Program-made: the position numbers and the translations under genes
The notes under the pieces: model-generated
Told to the model about the DNA's origin: nothing
The model's database searches: none
The model's input: the letters and a program-made list of their open reading frames with translations, nothing else
Shown here: positions 50,796 through 59,931 of the stretch, one piece after another
Layout: the number at the start of each line of letters is the position of its first letter
Numbering within the stretch: the stretch's first letter is position 1
Assembly: GCA_016212395.1 (NCBI GenBank)
Contig: JACRGF010000007.1
Location: 1,910-65,909 of the forward strand
Reading direction: 5' to 3'
DNA: 64,000 bases
Source: Candidatus Micrarchaeota archaeon
Lineage (GTDB): Archaea; Micrarchaeota; Micrarchaeia; Burarchaeales; JACRGF01

Positions 50796-53519
50796 ATGGT
50801 GGGAAGCGTTCAGGTCAGCGACACGTTTGTTCAGACGGGCGATTTGCTTAACCGCCAGCTTGGCATAGTTGGCGTCTCGCGCGAGTTGAAGCGCAATGCT
50901 TTCCCTAACTTGTTCGAGTCTGCTTCAAGCATTGACTTCAAGTTGAGCGTGTCTCCTTCAAATGCTGACAGCGAGTTAAGCGAATTGTCGCAGATTGCAA
51001 AGCTTGATGCCGACGATTCGAGGCAGTCTGCTGCTGTGCGCACTCTGCAAAAGCTTCAGGCAGGAGAGCGGGTTTTCGAAGTGTCAGCTTACTTGAACGT
51101 GAAGCGAAGAAAGTCTGGCGACGCGAACTGTGATGTTGAAGAGCTTGACAAGACGTTTGCTGCAGTACACAATACTGTTGCAGAGAACGGCATGGTGTGC
51201 AAGCCTTTGTTTGCCACTGGCTTGAACGGTTTTTTGTGCACGCTTCCATTCTTTTCCAACAAAGTCCAATGCAGCAGGAAATTCACTTCCTCTGCCGCTG
51301 CCTCTGCTTTTCCATTCATAAAATCTCGCAACGGAACATCGCGCGAGGCGTTTGAGGCGCTGCAAGGCATTCAAAAATTGTCTCCTCGGAAAAAAGAGGA
51401 AAAGCCGGACTTGAAAATTTTGCAGGCTCAAGTTGCAGCGCACAGGCAGGCGATAGACGCGCTTGCGAATTCTGGAACGCTTGCAAGCAGCGTTTCGAAA
51501 CTGCTTTCTTTTTTTTCATTCAGCAAGCAAGGTGGCAGGCAGCAGGCGAAGCAAAGCGCGAGCCTGCTTCACACCCTCATCACTCCTTCTTTCATTGACA
51601 ATAAGCCGGGTGAAATTCGGATTGACGAGTACCACGAGAAAATGCTTGTTGCTGCTGATTATCCTGACTCGATGGAGGAAGGATGGCTGACTGACTTGGT
51701 GAAGCTGAACAAGAAATTCGATTTTGCAATGCACGTTTCACCGCACGACGCGGCAGTGATTGAAACAATGCTTACGTTCAAGCTCGCTAAAATGAAGGCA
51801 GAGGAAATTTCAGCGCGCAGGCACCTTGTTTCCCAGCTTGGGCAAATGGGCCAGACGCTTGACACTCCTGACCTTATTCGCTTGAAAGCGCAAATCTCTG
51901 ATTTGGAGGCGACGCTTGCAAACATTCGCAGCGGGAAAAACAAAGTGTACGATTTTGGCTTGTATTTCGTCGTGAAAGACACGCGCGCGAGGGAGCTTCA
52001 GCTCAACAACGAGACTATTCGAAGAAAACTAAATTCCATTAAAATTCGGCCTGCGCAGCTTGCGCACAGGCTCGAGCAGGGAATAAAAACAATGCTTCCA
52101 TTCTGTTCAGACAAGCTGAAGAGCGTGTTCAAGCTTCCGACTGACAATGTTGCAGCGTGCTTTCCGTTCACTTCCTCCTTCCTCGTGCTCGACAGCGACG
52201 ACTCCGTCCTGCTCGGGTTCAACAAGGACACGCGCGCCCCAATCATTCTCGACTTGTTCGGGGAGCGGATGCATAACTTCAACAGTGTTATTGTCGCGAA
52301 AAGCGGGAGCGGAAAATCCACTTTCACGAAGCTCCTCATCTCGCGCCTCGTGCTGCGCGGAGCGCGCGTTTACGTTATCGACCCTACGAGAATGCCTGGC
52401 TTTGATTTTTCGGAGTATGCGCCAGTATGCCTTGCGTCTGGAGGCGAAGTGATTGGCTTGTCTCCTGACAGCGAGTGTTCGCTCAACTTGTTTGACTTGA
52501 TGGGTTTTGACTTGGATTCAAAGCTTCAAAGCCTTGAAATAGTTTTCTCCAAACTGCTCGGGCAAATGACTGACGATCAAATGCGCGTTCTAAGAAAGGC
52601 ATTGCGCCTCGCGTACGCGAACAAGAAAATAACTCACGATGACGCAACCACGCTGGCGCGCGAGCCGCCTAAATTCTCTGACTTGTACGACTCAGCAAAG
52701 CAAATAGCTTTTTCAGCATCAAAGCGAAAGAAGCCGTCGAAGCGATCTGCATTCGTCGATGTCGTGCCGCAGGACAAGGCGCCTGCAGAGTGGCTTCAAA
52801 GCAGCCTTGAAGAATACGTGTTCGGCTCCCGCCGCTACCTAAACAAGCACTCAAACATCAACGTGCAAAGCCCGTTCATCGTCTTCGACGTTTCAGGCCT
52901 GCCTGAAAACCCCGGGCAAAGCGATTCAGGAGTGCGCGCTGCCTACATGTACGCAATTCTTTCATTCGTGAACAAGCTCATGATGGAAGAGGAAAAAATG
53001 GGCTTGAAGAAAACGCGCAAGCTCCTGGTAGTGGATGAGGCTTGGAGAATGCTTGCAAGCGAGGCTGAAAGCAAGTACTTGTTCAACTTTGCGCGCGTGT
53101 GCAGAAAATACCATTTGTCGCTCGTGCTCATCACACAGTCGCTTCTCGACATGCAGGACGCGCGCGTTCGCAACGCAATTGTCCAGAATACCGACTGGAA
53201 GCTGTTCCTGCGCCAGGACACTACTGCGATAGACGCGACTGCCGACATGGTAAAGCTCACGCAAGAAGAAAAAAACATTCTCACCACTTCAGATAAAGGG
53301 GAAGGAATCCTGCTGCTTGGAGGAGAGCACATTCCGTTCAAAAGCGTTTTCTCGCAAGAGGAAAAAGCGCTCGTTACAACAGCTCCGAAAGACCTTATCG
53401 CGTTCGAACAGAGCCTGAAAACCCTGGCGAACAGCAAGTCGCGGAAGAAGCAGTCAAAGAAAGAAGCGTTGGACGAACTCCGCAAGCTACAGAAAAAACT
53501 GGCAGGTGAACGAACGTGA
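50796..53519 (+). CDS. VirB4/TraC/TrbE-like type IV secretion ATPase
   Basis: Walker A VIVAKSGSGKSTF and Walker B KLLVVDEAWRML, plus LVLITQSL. A VirB4 mid-domain pattern IRIDEYHEKMLVAADYPDSMEEGWLTDL is present. An alternative start at 50649 overlaps the upstream stop (ATGA) but reads through a repeat element. Confidence 0.85.
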   Translation: MVGSVQVSDTFVQTGDLLNRQLGIVGVSRELKRNAFPNLFESASSIDFKLSVSPSNADSELSELSQIAKLDADDSRQSAAVRTLQKLQAGERVFEVSAYLNVKRRKSGDANCDVEELDKTFAAVHNTVAENGMVCKPLFATGLNGFLCTLPFFSNKVQCSRKFTSSAAASAFPFIKSRNGTSREAFEALQGIQKLSPRKKEEKPDLKILQAQVAAHRQAIDALANSGTLASSVSKLLSFFSFSKQGGRQQAKQSASLLHTLITPSFIDNKPGEIRIDEYHEKMLVAADYPDSMEEGWLTDLVKLNKKFDFAMHVSPHDAAVIETMLTFKLAKMKAEEISARRHLVSQLGQMGQTLDTPDLIRLKAQISDLEATLANIRSGKNKVYDFGLYFVVKDTRARELQLNNETIRRKLNSIKIRPAQLAHRLEQGIKTMLPFCSDKLKSVFKLPTDNVAACFPFTSSFLVLDSDDSVLLGFNKDTRAPIILDLFGERMHNFNSVIVAKSGSGKSTFTKLLISRLVLRGARVYVIDPTRMPGFDFSEYAPVCLASGGEVIGLSPDSECSLNLFDLMGFDLDSKLQSLEIVFSKLLGQMTDDQMRVLRKALRLAYANKKITHDDATTLAREPPKFSDLYDSAKQIAFSASKRKKPSKRSAFVDVVPQDKAPAEWLQSSLEEYVFGSRRYLNKHSNINVQSPFIVFDVSGLPENPGQSDSGVRAAYMYAILSFVNKLMMEEEKMGLKKTRKLLVVDEAWRMLASEAESKYLFNFARVCRKYHLSLVLITQSLLDMQDARVRNAIVQNTDWKLFLRQDTTAIDATADMVKLTQEEKNILTTSDKGEGILLLGGEHIPFKSVFSQEEKALVTTAPKDLIAFEQSLKTLANSKSRKKQSKKEALDELRKLQKKLAGERT

Positions 53520-55408
53520 ACAACAAAAAAAACAAGCTGCTTGAAAGCATCGAGCTTGAAATGCATAAGGCAAGTGAAGCACAGCGCGCTCAGGAAGAAC
53601 TTCAAGCGAAAAAAGAAGCTGAAGGCAACTCTTCAGAACAATCTCCTCCCTCCACTGGTTTTATTTCTTCCCTGCTCGCTCGCATTCCCTCGTTCGGAAA
53701 CTGGAACGGAGGCGAAGCAATTCAGACAGAAGAAGCGCGCACTTCACATCCCCCAGAACTTTCTTCCCAAGCTAAAAATGATTTTAAAAAAACCCAGAAG
53801 AAAATAGCGCGTCTCGAGAATTCCCTCGCGCGCGAAACCGTCTGCCAAGCCAAGCTCGCTGTTGAGCAGAAGGAAGCTGAACGCCAAGTCCTTGAACTCC
53901 AATCCTCCTTAAAGTCAGCTCGCGATGTAAGCGCGCGTGCGTATGAAGAGCTTCACAGCAAGCAGGCAGAAGCAGACTCATTTATTTCACAGCTTGAATT
54001 TGAGGTGAACAACCCTCAGCTTTCAACTGCGCGCGCGGAGTTCGAAGAAAAAAAACGCGAGCTTTCAGAGCTCGCGAAACAGCTTGTGCAGGCTAAAAGC
54101 AAGGACAAGCAGTCAAAAGCCTTGCTTGCTTCAACTCAAGGCAGAATTTCCGAAAAGAAAAAAAGCATTTCAACTCTAGAACAGTCTATTTCCTCCAGTG
54201 GCGAAAAAGTCGCGTTGCTTGGCAAAACGATTTACGACTTGGAGGAAACGTTGCGCAATGGAAGGGAACAAGTGCAAGCACTCGAGCAAAAACTTTCTGA
54301 AAAACAGCAAGCAATTCAAGCGCTTCAGCATTCCAAGCTTGAACTTGAAAAAAACTTTTCAGAAGCAAGCGTTCTCCTCGCGCAATCTGAAGCTGATGAA
54401 GCTTCTCTTCAAACGCAAGCGCGCCGGCTTCGAAGCAGGCTTGCTTCGAGGAAAAGAAAGCTTTCAGCCTGCCAGCAGTCGCTTCAATCAATAACCGAAC
54501 AGCTTTCTTCCATGGAACAGCGCGTTCCTTCAACTGAACGCGTTTTGAGCGAGTTGTTGCGCCAGCTTCACGAGTTCGAGCAGAAAACTTCTGAAAAACA
54601 GGCTGTGCTCTCCCATCTTGAAGAAAACAAAAAAACGTTAAGCGAGCAAGTGAAAGAAAAGCGCAAAGCTTCGCAATCTGCGGCAAATCGCGTTGAAGAG
54701 CTCGAGAACGAAACTGCCAGCCTCACCCGCTCTATAAAGCGGTTCGATGAAAAAGAAAAGCATTTGAAGGCGAAAGCAGAATCTCTTTTGCAACAGCAAA
54801 AGTCTTTAGGGCAACTCGCTGTTGAAGCAGAGAAAAAATCTGCACACGCTGAACGCTCGCTTGAACCGCTTGCTGTTGAAGCGGAGAAAAAATCACTTCA
54901 ACAAGAACGAGAAGAGTTGGCAGATCTTCCAACGAAACCAAAATCAATTCCTCAAGGCGCGCAGCAGCTCGAGCAGTTGACTCAAAATATTTCTTCAGAT
55001 TCTTTCACGCGAGAGTTCATCAACTCCTGCCAGTTCGGCGAGCGTTTTACTGAAAAACACTCTGCTTCCTTGCACTCTCGCGGATTCAAGAAAACAAGCT
55101 CTTCAAACCCTCTCGTTCGCCTGCTTCTCTCCAAACTCGTAGGGCAACACGAGAATCTTTCATTTTTCATGAAGCCGAGCAGGAAATCTTCTTCGGTTGA
55201 AAAAGAGTTTGCCGTGTGGCTTTCAGTAATGCTTTTGGGGAAAAAACACGGGGCAGTAAAGATTCACGAGCGCGGGCCTCACGACGTTACTTTCAGCGAA
55301 GGAAAGCTTGCAATCAATCTTTCAAAACAAGAAAACACTGTCGTGCTGGCTGATTCCAATTCTGAAAAACTGCTTTCAAGGGAAGAACTTGACCAGTTGT
55401 TCGACTAG
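53516..55408 (+). CDS. Long coiled-coil protein (about 450 aa) with a C-terminal globular domain, translationally coupled to the VirB4-like gene
   Basis: GTG start overlapping the VirB4 stop (GTGA). Contains an internal duplication LAVEAEKKS...LAVEAEKKS. Confidence 0.6.
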   Translation: MNNKKNKLLESIELEMHKASEAQRAQEELQAKKEAEGNSSEQSPPSTGFISSLLARIPSFGNWNGGEAIQTEEARTSHPPELSSQAKNDFKKTQKKIARLENSLARETVCQAKLAVEQKEAERQVLELQSSLKSARDVSARAYEELHSKQAEADSFISQLEFEVNNPQLSTARAEFEEKKRELSELAKQLVQAKSKDKQSKALLASTQGRISEKKKSISTLEQSISSSGEKVALLGKTIYDLEETLRNGREQVQALEQKLSEKQQAIQALQHSKLELEKNFSEASVLLAQSEADEASLQTQARRLRSRLASRKRKLSACQQSLQSITEQLSSMEQRVPSTERVLSELLRQLHEFEQKTSEKQAVLSHLEENKKTLSEQVKEKRKASQSAANRVEELENETASLTRSIKRFDEKEKHLKAKAESLLQQQKSLGQLAVEAEKKSAHAERSLEPLAVEAEKKSLQQEREELADLPTKPKSIPQGAQQLEQLTQNISSDSFTREFINSCQFGERFTEKHSASLHSRGFKKTSSSNPLVRLLLSKLVGQHENLSFFMKPSRKSSSVEKEFAVWLSVMLLGKKHGAVKIHERGPHDVTFSEGKLAINLSKQENTVVLADSNSEKLLSREELDQLFD

Positions 55409-58362
55409 CTGCGTATGAGCGTGTCGTGGAGCACTCTTGCCAGGCTCACTGCCCTCCTGTCTTTGCCTTCTTCTTTGAATGCCCTCCCTAAGTTGAACGC
55501 GCACATTGGGCAGTCAGTCACAACCGTCCTCACATTTCTTTCTGCAATCGCCTTCATTCTTTTTTCCCTAATTCTCCTCATCTGATTTCCATTAAACAAT
55601 CCAGTTGTCCCGCCCATTCCACAGCACTCGCTTGGCAAGCCTTGAAGCGCAAGCTCTGCATTCACTGGGTTCAGCTGGTGGCATGGCTGGTGGTACGCTG
55701 CATTCCGCACTTTCAACCCATTCACTCCCATTGATACTGCGTATGCGCCTAAGCCCATTACTCTCGCGCCTATTTCTTCAATTCCCTGCTTCGGATACAA
55801 GTGCGTTAATGCATGCTCGCAAGATGAACACGCTGTTACTATTGCTTCCACTCTGTCATCGCCGGCATATCTCTTCAGCATTTCAACAGTTCCTCTCGCT
55901 TTCTCTTCAAACTTTCCTCTCGCTCCATTCGCAAGGAACGGAAGCCCGCAGCAATCCACTTGCATTGGAACAACAACTTTTTTTCCAAGCATTTCCAAAA
56001 CTCCCATTGTTTCCCGCACGTCTATGCCTGTAGCTGCAGCAAAACACCCCGGGAAATAAACAACTGTCCCGCTTGCATGCACTTTCCCGCCTCTCTTTCT
56101 CGCTTCTTCAAACAATTTTTGCCCGTCAGAATCTATTCCTAATGCAAAATCTCCAAACACTACGCTGAAAACGCGTGCAATTTGAGAGCTAGCTAAAGCA
56201 TCAAGCCCTGCCAGCATTACTCTTTTTACTGCATTAGGGCCGCCAGCTTTCTCCCGCAATTCCCACACTAAATCTCTCGGCGAAACTCCTGCGTCGCATA
56301 TTGTTTCGCACTTCCCGCACCCCAAGCAATCCCGAATTTTTTCTTTCAACTCGCGCACGCTCAATTCGCCTAATTCCACTGCGCGCGCCCACAACGGAAC
56401 ACTGCTTGGCTCTAGCCCAGCAGGGCACGCTCCATCACATTTTCTGTCCGACGTGCATTTCGCTGCAATTCTCGCAGGCCGTTCGCGCACTCCAGCATAC
56501 CTTCCCGCGTCAACTATTCTATTCGGAAACATGCATCCGTCATTCAGCCAGCTCGCTTGAAACACATAATCCCTAATTGCTCTCATCAACTCGTAGCGCA
56601 ACTTTCCTTCTTCCTTTACCCAAAATTCTCTCCTGTAAGAAGAGCCGATTCCGTGTTCTGCAGTGCACGTTCCTCCCAACTCTACTGCTTTCGCGTAAAC
56701 AATGCCCGCAATTTTCTTCAAATCCAATTCTCTTGCTTGCTCAACGCTCATCGGAACATTCGCGTGCAGATTAACATCCTTTCTTTCAACATGCCCAAAC
56801 GTTATGACTCCCAAGCCAAGTTCTGAAAAATATTTTTTCAAAAACGCGTGAAACTCTACAAGCTTTTCAGTTGGAATTGCAACGTCTTCAATGAACGCTG
56901 CAGAAAAACAGTCTTGTGCTCCGCTTCTTTGCGTCAAGCCGGCCATTGCCCTGCGCGCTTTCCACAACTCCTCGCGCTTTTTCGCGTCAAAACTAAAGCC
57001 TTCCCCAACATCAAAAGCAAGCGCGCGCATTGCTTCAACAATCTTTCTTCCTTCTCCGCCAACTGCGCCAATTTTTTCCCCGCTCAAATCAATTAGCAGC
57101 ATTGCTTTTGCTTTGCTTGGAATGCTGAACTTCCCGGCTTTTCTCACTACGTCAAGCGCTTCAGCATCCATGAACTCCACGCCTGCAGGCAAGCCAACTT
57201 CCCCACCCGCAACCATATTCCGCATCTTCAACACTGCTTCCTGCGCTTTCTCCACAGACTCAAAATACATTCTCGCTGTTGCAACGTGCTTTGACGCAGG
57301 AACAGTCTTCATCCTCACTCGCGTTATTCCTGCGAGCGTTCCCTCGCTTCCAACCATCAGCTTCGTCAAGCTCGGCTTTTCACTCCATGCACTCAACTCG
57401 CTCAAGTCATAACCGCACACGCTCTTCACAACATCACCAAAAGCCAAAATACTCTTGAGCGTTGTCGTTCTCCCAGCTTCAAAATCTTCGCGCACTTGAG
57501 TGCACAGCGCATCAAGCAACTTCCATCTGCCACGGAAAATTCCGTTTTGCTCAAATAATCTTTCAACTCCCCCTCTAAACGTTCCATTCTCACACTCATT
57601 CAAAAAATCTTGAACTCCATCCAGCAAGTGCTTCATTCTTTCATAAACTCCGGTTTCTTTAATCGCTTCAGCGTCATCACTCCACGATTCCTCCCCGCTT
57701 GGCAACACTGTTTTCACTGCATCCACCATGTCGCGCATCGTCCCGCCTTTCATTGCGCTCGCGCCTGAACTCATTGCTGCAGCTCCAACTACGTGGCAAA
57801 ACATTTTCGAGGAAGGCGGATAACCTTCAACATCACGAGGTCCGCTCGCGTCTATTGTTTTCAATGCTTCAAGAAAACGCTCGAACGTTACTCCCAACGG
57901 AACTTCAACCGTCCCACGCCTAACATCATAACTCTCTTCAACATTCCACTCTTCGTAATTCCTCGGCCTGACTACAACGTCTCCCAACGCTGCGCCTACC
58001 CTGTTGCTTCTCCCAGCAGCGAACACTAAAGAAAAAACGTTTCCATCTTCTCCAGCATTCACCTCGCGCATGCACTCCAGCACTTGCTTCACTTGCTCTT
58101 CCCTCTCGACAAAAACAACGACTCTCGGCTTCAACCCGAACAACTGGTTCGCATTATTCGCATGGGCAACAAGCGTAGCTTCATCCACACTCACGTTTTC
58201 TCTTCCAGCAATCCCGCGCAAGCCTGCAAGCAAAGCACTCAACTTTGCGCCAATTGCCCGCTCGCTTAAAACCCGCCTTGCTTGAAAGCCTCCGCTCCCA
58301 TTCTCATTTGCAACTCGCAAAACCGCATTCCCTGCGTTAGGCTTGCCCACAACGTCAGCCAC
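55405..58362 (-). CDS. FAD-linked oxidase (GlcD/D-lactate dehydrogenase-like) fused to an Fe-S/CCG-domain (GlcF-like) module
   Basis: 985-aa ORF with an N-terminal FAD-binding PCMH-type region. The motif CLGCGKCETIC is a 4Fe-4S signature, and the CCG motifs VDCCGLPF and SECCGMGG are present. Confidence 0.85.
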   Translation of the reverse strand: MADVVGKPNAGNAVLRVANENGSGGFQARRVLSERAIGAKLSALLAGLRGIAGRENVSVDEATLVAHANNANQLFGLKPRVVVFVEREEQVKQVLECMREVNAGEDGNVFSLVFAAGRSNRVGAALGDVVVRPRNYEEWNVEESYDVRRGTVEVPLGVTFERFLEALKTIDASGPRDVEGYPPSSKMFCHVVGAAAMSSGASAMKGGTMRDMVDAVKTVLPSGEESWSDDAEAIKETGVYERMKHLLDGVQDFLNECENGTFRGGVERLFEQNGIFRGRWKLLDALCTQVREDFEAGRTTTLKSILAFGDVVKSVCGYDLSELSAWSEKPSLTKLMVGSEGTLAGITRVRMKTVPASKHVATARMYFESVEKAQEAVLKMRNMVAGGEVGLPAGVEFMDAEALDVVRKAGKFSIPSKAKAMLLIDLSGEKIGAVGGEGRKIVEAMRALAFDVGEGFSFDAKKREELWKARRAMAGLTQRSGAQDCFSAAFIEDVAIPTEKLVEFHAFLKKYFSELGLGVITFGHVERKDVNLHANVPMSVEQARELDLKKIAGIVYAKAVELGGTCTAEHGIGSSYRREFWVKEEGKLRYELMRAIRDYVFQASWLNDGCMFPNRIVDAGRYAGVRERPARIAAKCTSDRKCDGACPAGLEPSSVPLWARAVELGELSVRELKEKIRDCLGCGKCETICDAGVSPRDLVWELREKAGGPNAVKRVMLAGLDALASSQIARVFSVVFGDFALGIDSDGQKLFEEARKRGGKVHASGTVVYFPGCFAAATGIDVRETMGVLEMLGKKVVVPMQVDCCGLPFLANGARGKFEEKARGTVEMLKRYAGDDRVEAIVTACSSCEHALTHLYPKQGIEEIGARVMGLGAYAVSMGVNGLKVRNAAYHQPCHQLNPVNAELALQGLPSECCGMGGTTGLFNGNQMRRIREKRMKAIAERNVRTVVTDCPMCAFNLGRAFKEEGKDRRAVSLARVLHDTLIRS

Positions 58363-58468
58363 AAAAACCCCTGAATTTTAACCATTCCGAGCTATTTAAA
58401 CCAGCCAGTCTGCAAAAAGAAAACTTTTCTTCAAAACTCGCCCAACTCATTCAGCTTCAACTCTTGCT

Positions 58469-58507
58469 TTAAAACTCGCTTAATCGCCTCTGCTTCAGCG
58501 CAACGCG
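58469..58507. repeat. Tandem 39-nt duplicate of the nreA 3' terminus (PIP-box codons) just downstream of the stop
   Basis: ttaaaactcgcttaatcgcctctgcttcagcgcaacgcg here versus the genic ttaaaactcgcttaactttctctgcctcagcacaacgct (58508-58546). The duplicate encodes VALKQRRLSEF*, compared with VVLRQRKLSEF*. Confidence 0.8.
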
Positions 58508-59701
58508 TTAAAACTCGCTTAACTTTCTCTGCCTCAGCACAACGCTTTGCTTCGCGTACTCTTTCATTTCCAGCCTTAGTCTTCCGGCAATGTCTTTCAG
58601 CGCTTCCTCGCGAGTTGCAAATTTTCTCGCAGGCTTTTCAAACGCCTGCCTCACATTCTCGCGCACTTGCCACACCCCCAACGGCACTACGTACCCTTCG
58701 TACACTTCCCTGAACACTACCACTCGCGCCTGCTTTTTCATTTTCGCGAGCGCTTCGCATGCTGCAATTCTCGCGGCATAATAACCGCCTCCTTCTTTCT
58801 CCGCGTACTTCGTCCTTCCCCCAAACCCTTCGTATTCCTCCACTAGCTCGAATGCTTTCGCGCCTTCAGTCCACAAAGTTTTCGGAGCCCATGCTTCAAA
58901 ATTCTCGTACTCCCACGCTCCAGGCATGAGCAAAACTTCGAACCTGTTATGCAAGTACTCGTTCGAAAACACCATGAATTCCTTCACTTCCTCAAACTCC
59001 CTAATCTCCTGCATCAATTGCTTTGCCACAATATCATCACTGGCAGTAATGCTCCAGCGCGTTGGCACCATTTTCCTTTGGCCCTCTTTTCCGAGGATTC
59101 CTCCGCTTAATATTTTCGTTAAATAATAAACGTCGAACCCGGAATTCCACAGCAAGCCTGCTGCTTCCACTGCAAGCATTCTCTCTTCAACAACTTCATC
59201 CACTCTTTTCGGAATTACCGGGTTTTCGCACACGCGGAAGCTCTTCAAAGGCCCGCTTGGGCCCATTGGCTGGGTGATTGGGGAAAAGCTCACCTCCATT
59301 TTCGGCTTTCTCGAAAAAGTCACTTCAACATCAACAGGCTTTACGCTCAACACTGCTTCCTGCGCGTCGCACAACAGCTTGCTCGTCGAATTCACGTCCA
59401 GCGTGCTCTCGCTTCTTACTACATTAGAGCGAATAGAAATCAATTCACTGTACGACAAGTTCTTCCACGTTTTCGGGTCGTCGTTGCTGCAACTCGTTGT
59501 TGCAGTTTCCGAAACATCAACCATGGGCCCCCACGAAACTCTCGGGTACCCGTGCCTGCCCACGAACAAGTTCGGAGGGCAAGGCCCGAACACTTCCTCG
59601 CCAACACTCTTGGAAATAGGCGCTTGAATCTTCATCTTCTCGTAAAGCGGGCAGTAGCCTAACCCGCACAAATTCCTCCCGCCCTTGCATGTCAAGCACA
59701 T
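58508..59701 (-). CDS. nreA: NreA-family archaeal DNA repair protein with a C-terminal PIP box
   Basis: The N-terminus MCLTCKGGRNLCGLGYCPLYEK is typical of Nre, and the protein ends in QRKLSEF. The TATA box ttttatttat lies about 26 nt upstream of the ATG at 59701. Confidence 0.7.
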   Translation of the reverse strand: MCLTCKGGRNLCGLGYCPLYEKMKIQAPISKSVGEEVFGPCPPNLFVGRHGYPRVSWGPMVDVSETATTSCSNDDPKTWKNLSYSELISIRSNVVRSESTLDVNSTSKLLCDAQEAVLSVKPVDVEVTFSRKPKMEVSFSPITQPMGPSGPLKSFRVCENPVIPKRVDEVVEERMLAVEAAGLLWNSGFDVYYLTKILSGGILGKEGQRKMVPTRWSITASDDIVAKQLMQEIREFEEVKEFMVFSNEYLHNRFEVLLMPGAWEYENFEAWAPKTLWTEGAKAFELVEEYEGFGGRTKYAEKEGGGYYAARIAACEALAKMKKQARVVVFREVYEGYVVPLGVWQVRENVRQAFEKPARKFATREEALKDIAGRLRLEMKEYAKQSVVLRQRKLSEF

Positions 59702-59931
59702 TCTCGCTTCCGGATGCATAAATAAAAACAACGCTTCCAGCATTTAATTAGTTTTGTTCTAGGGTTTACGTTTCGTCTAGGGGGTTGTGAAGTCTTGTAG
59801 TTTAGGGGTTTTGGAGTTTCGAGCTTTGCAGTTGTTTTTGCCTATACAGTTGTTTCTTGAGTTTGATTCGTTTTGCAGTTGTTTTGTTCTTTGTGTGGGG
59901 TTTTTATTCCAGTTTTTGCATAACTTTTTTC

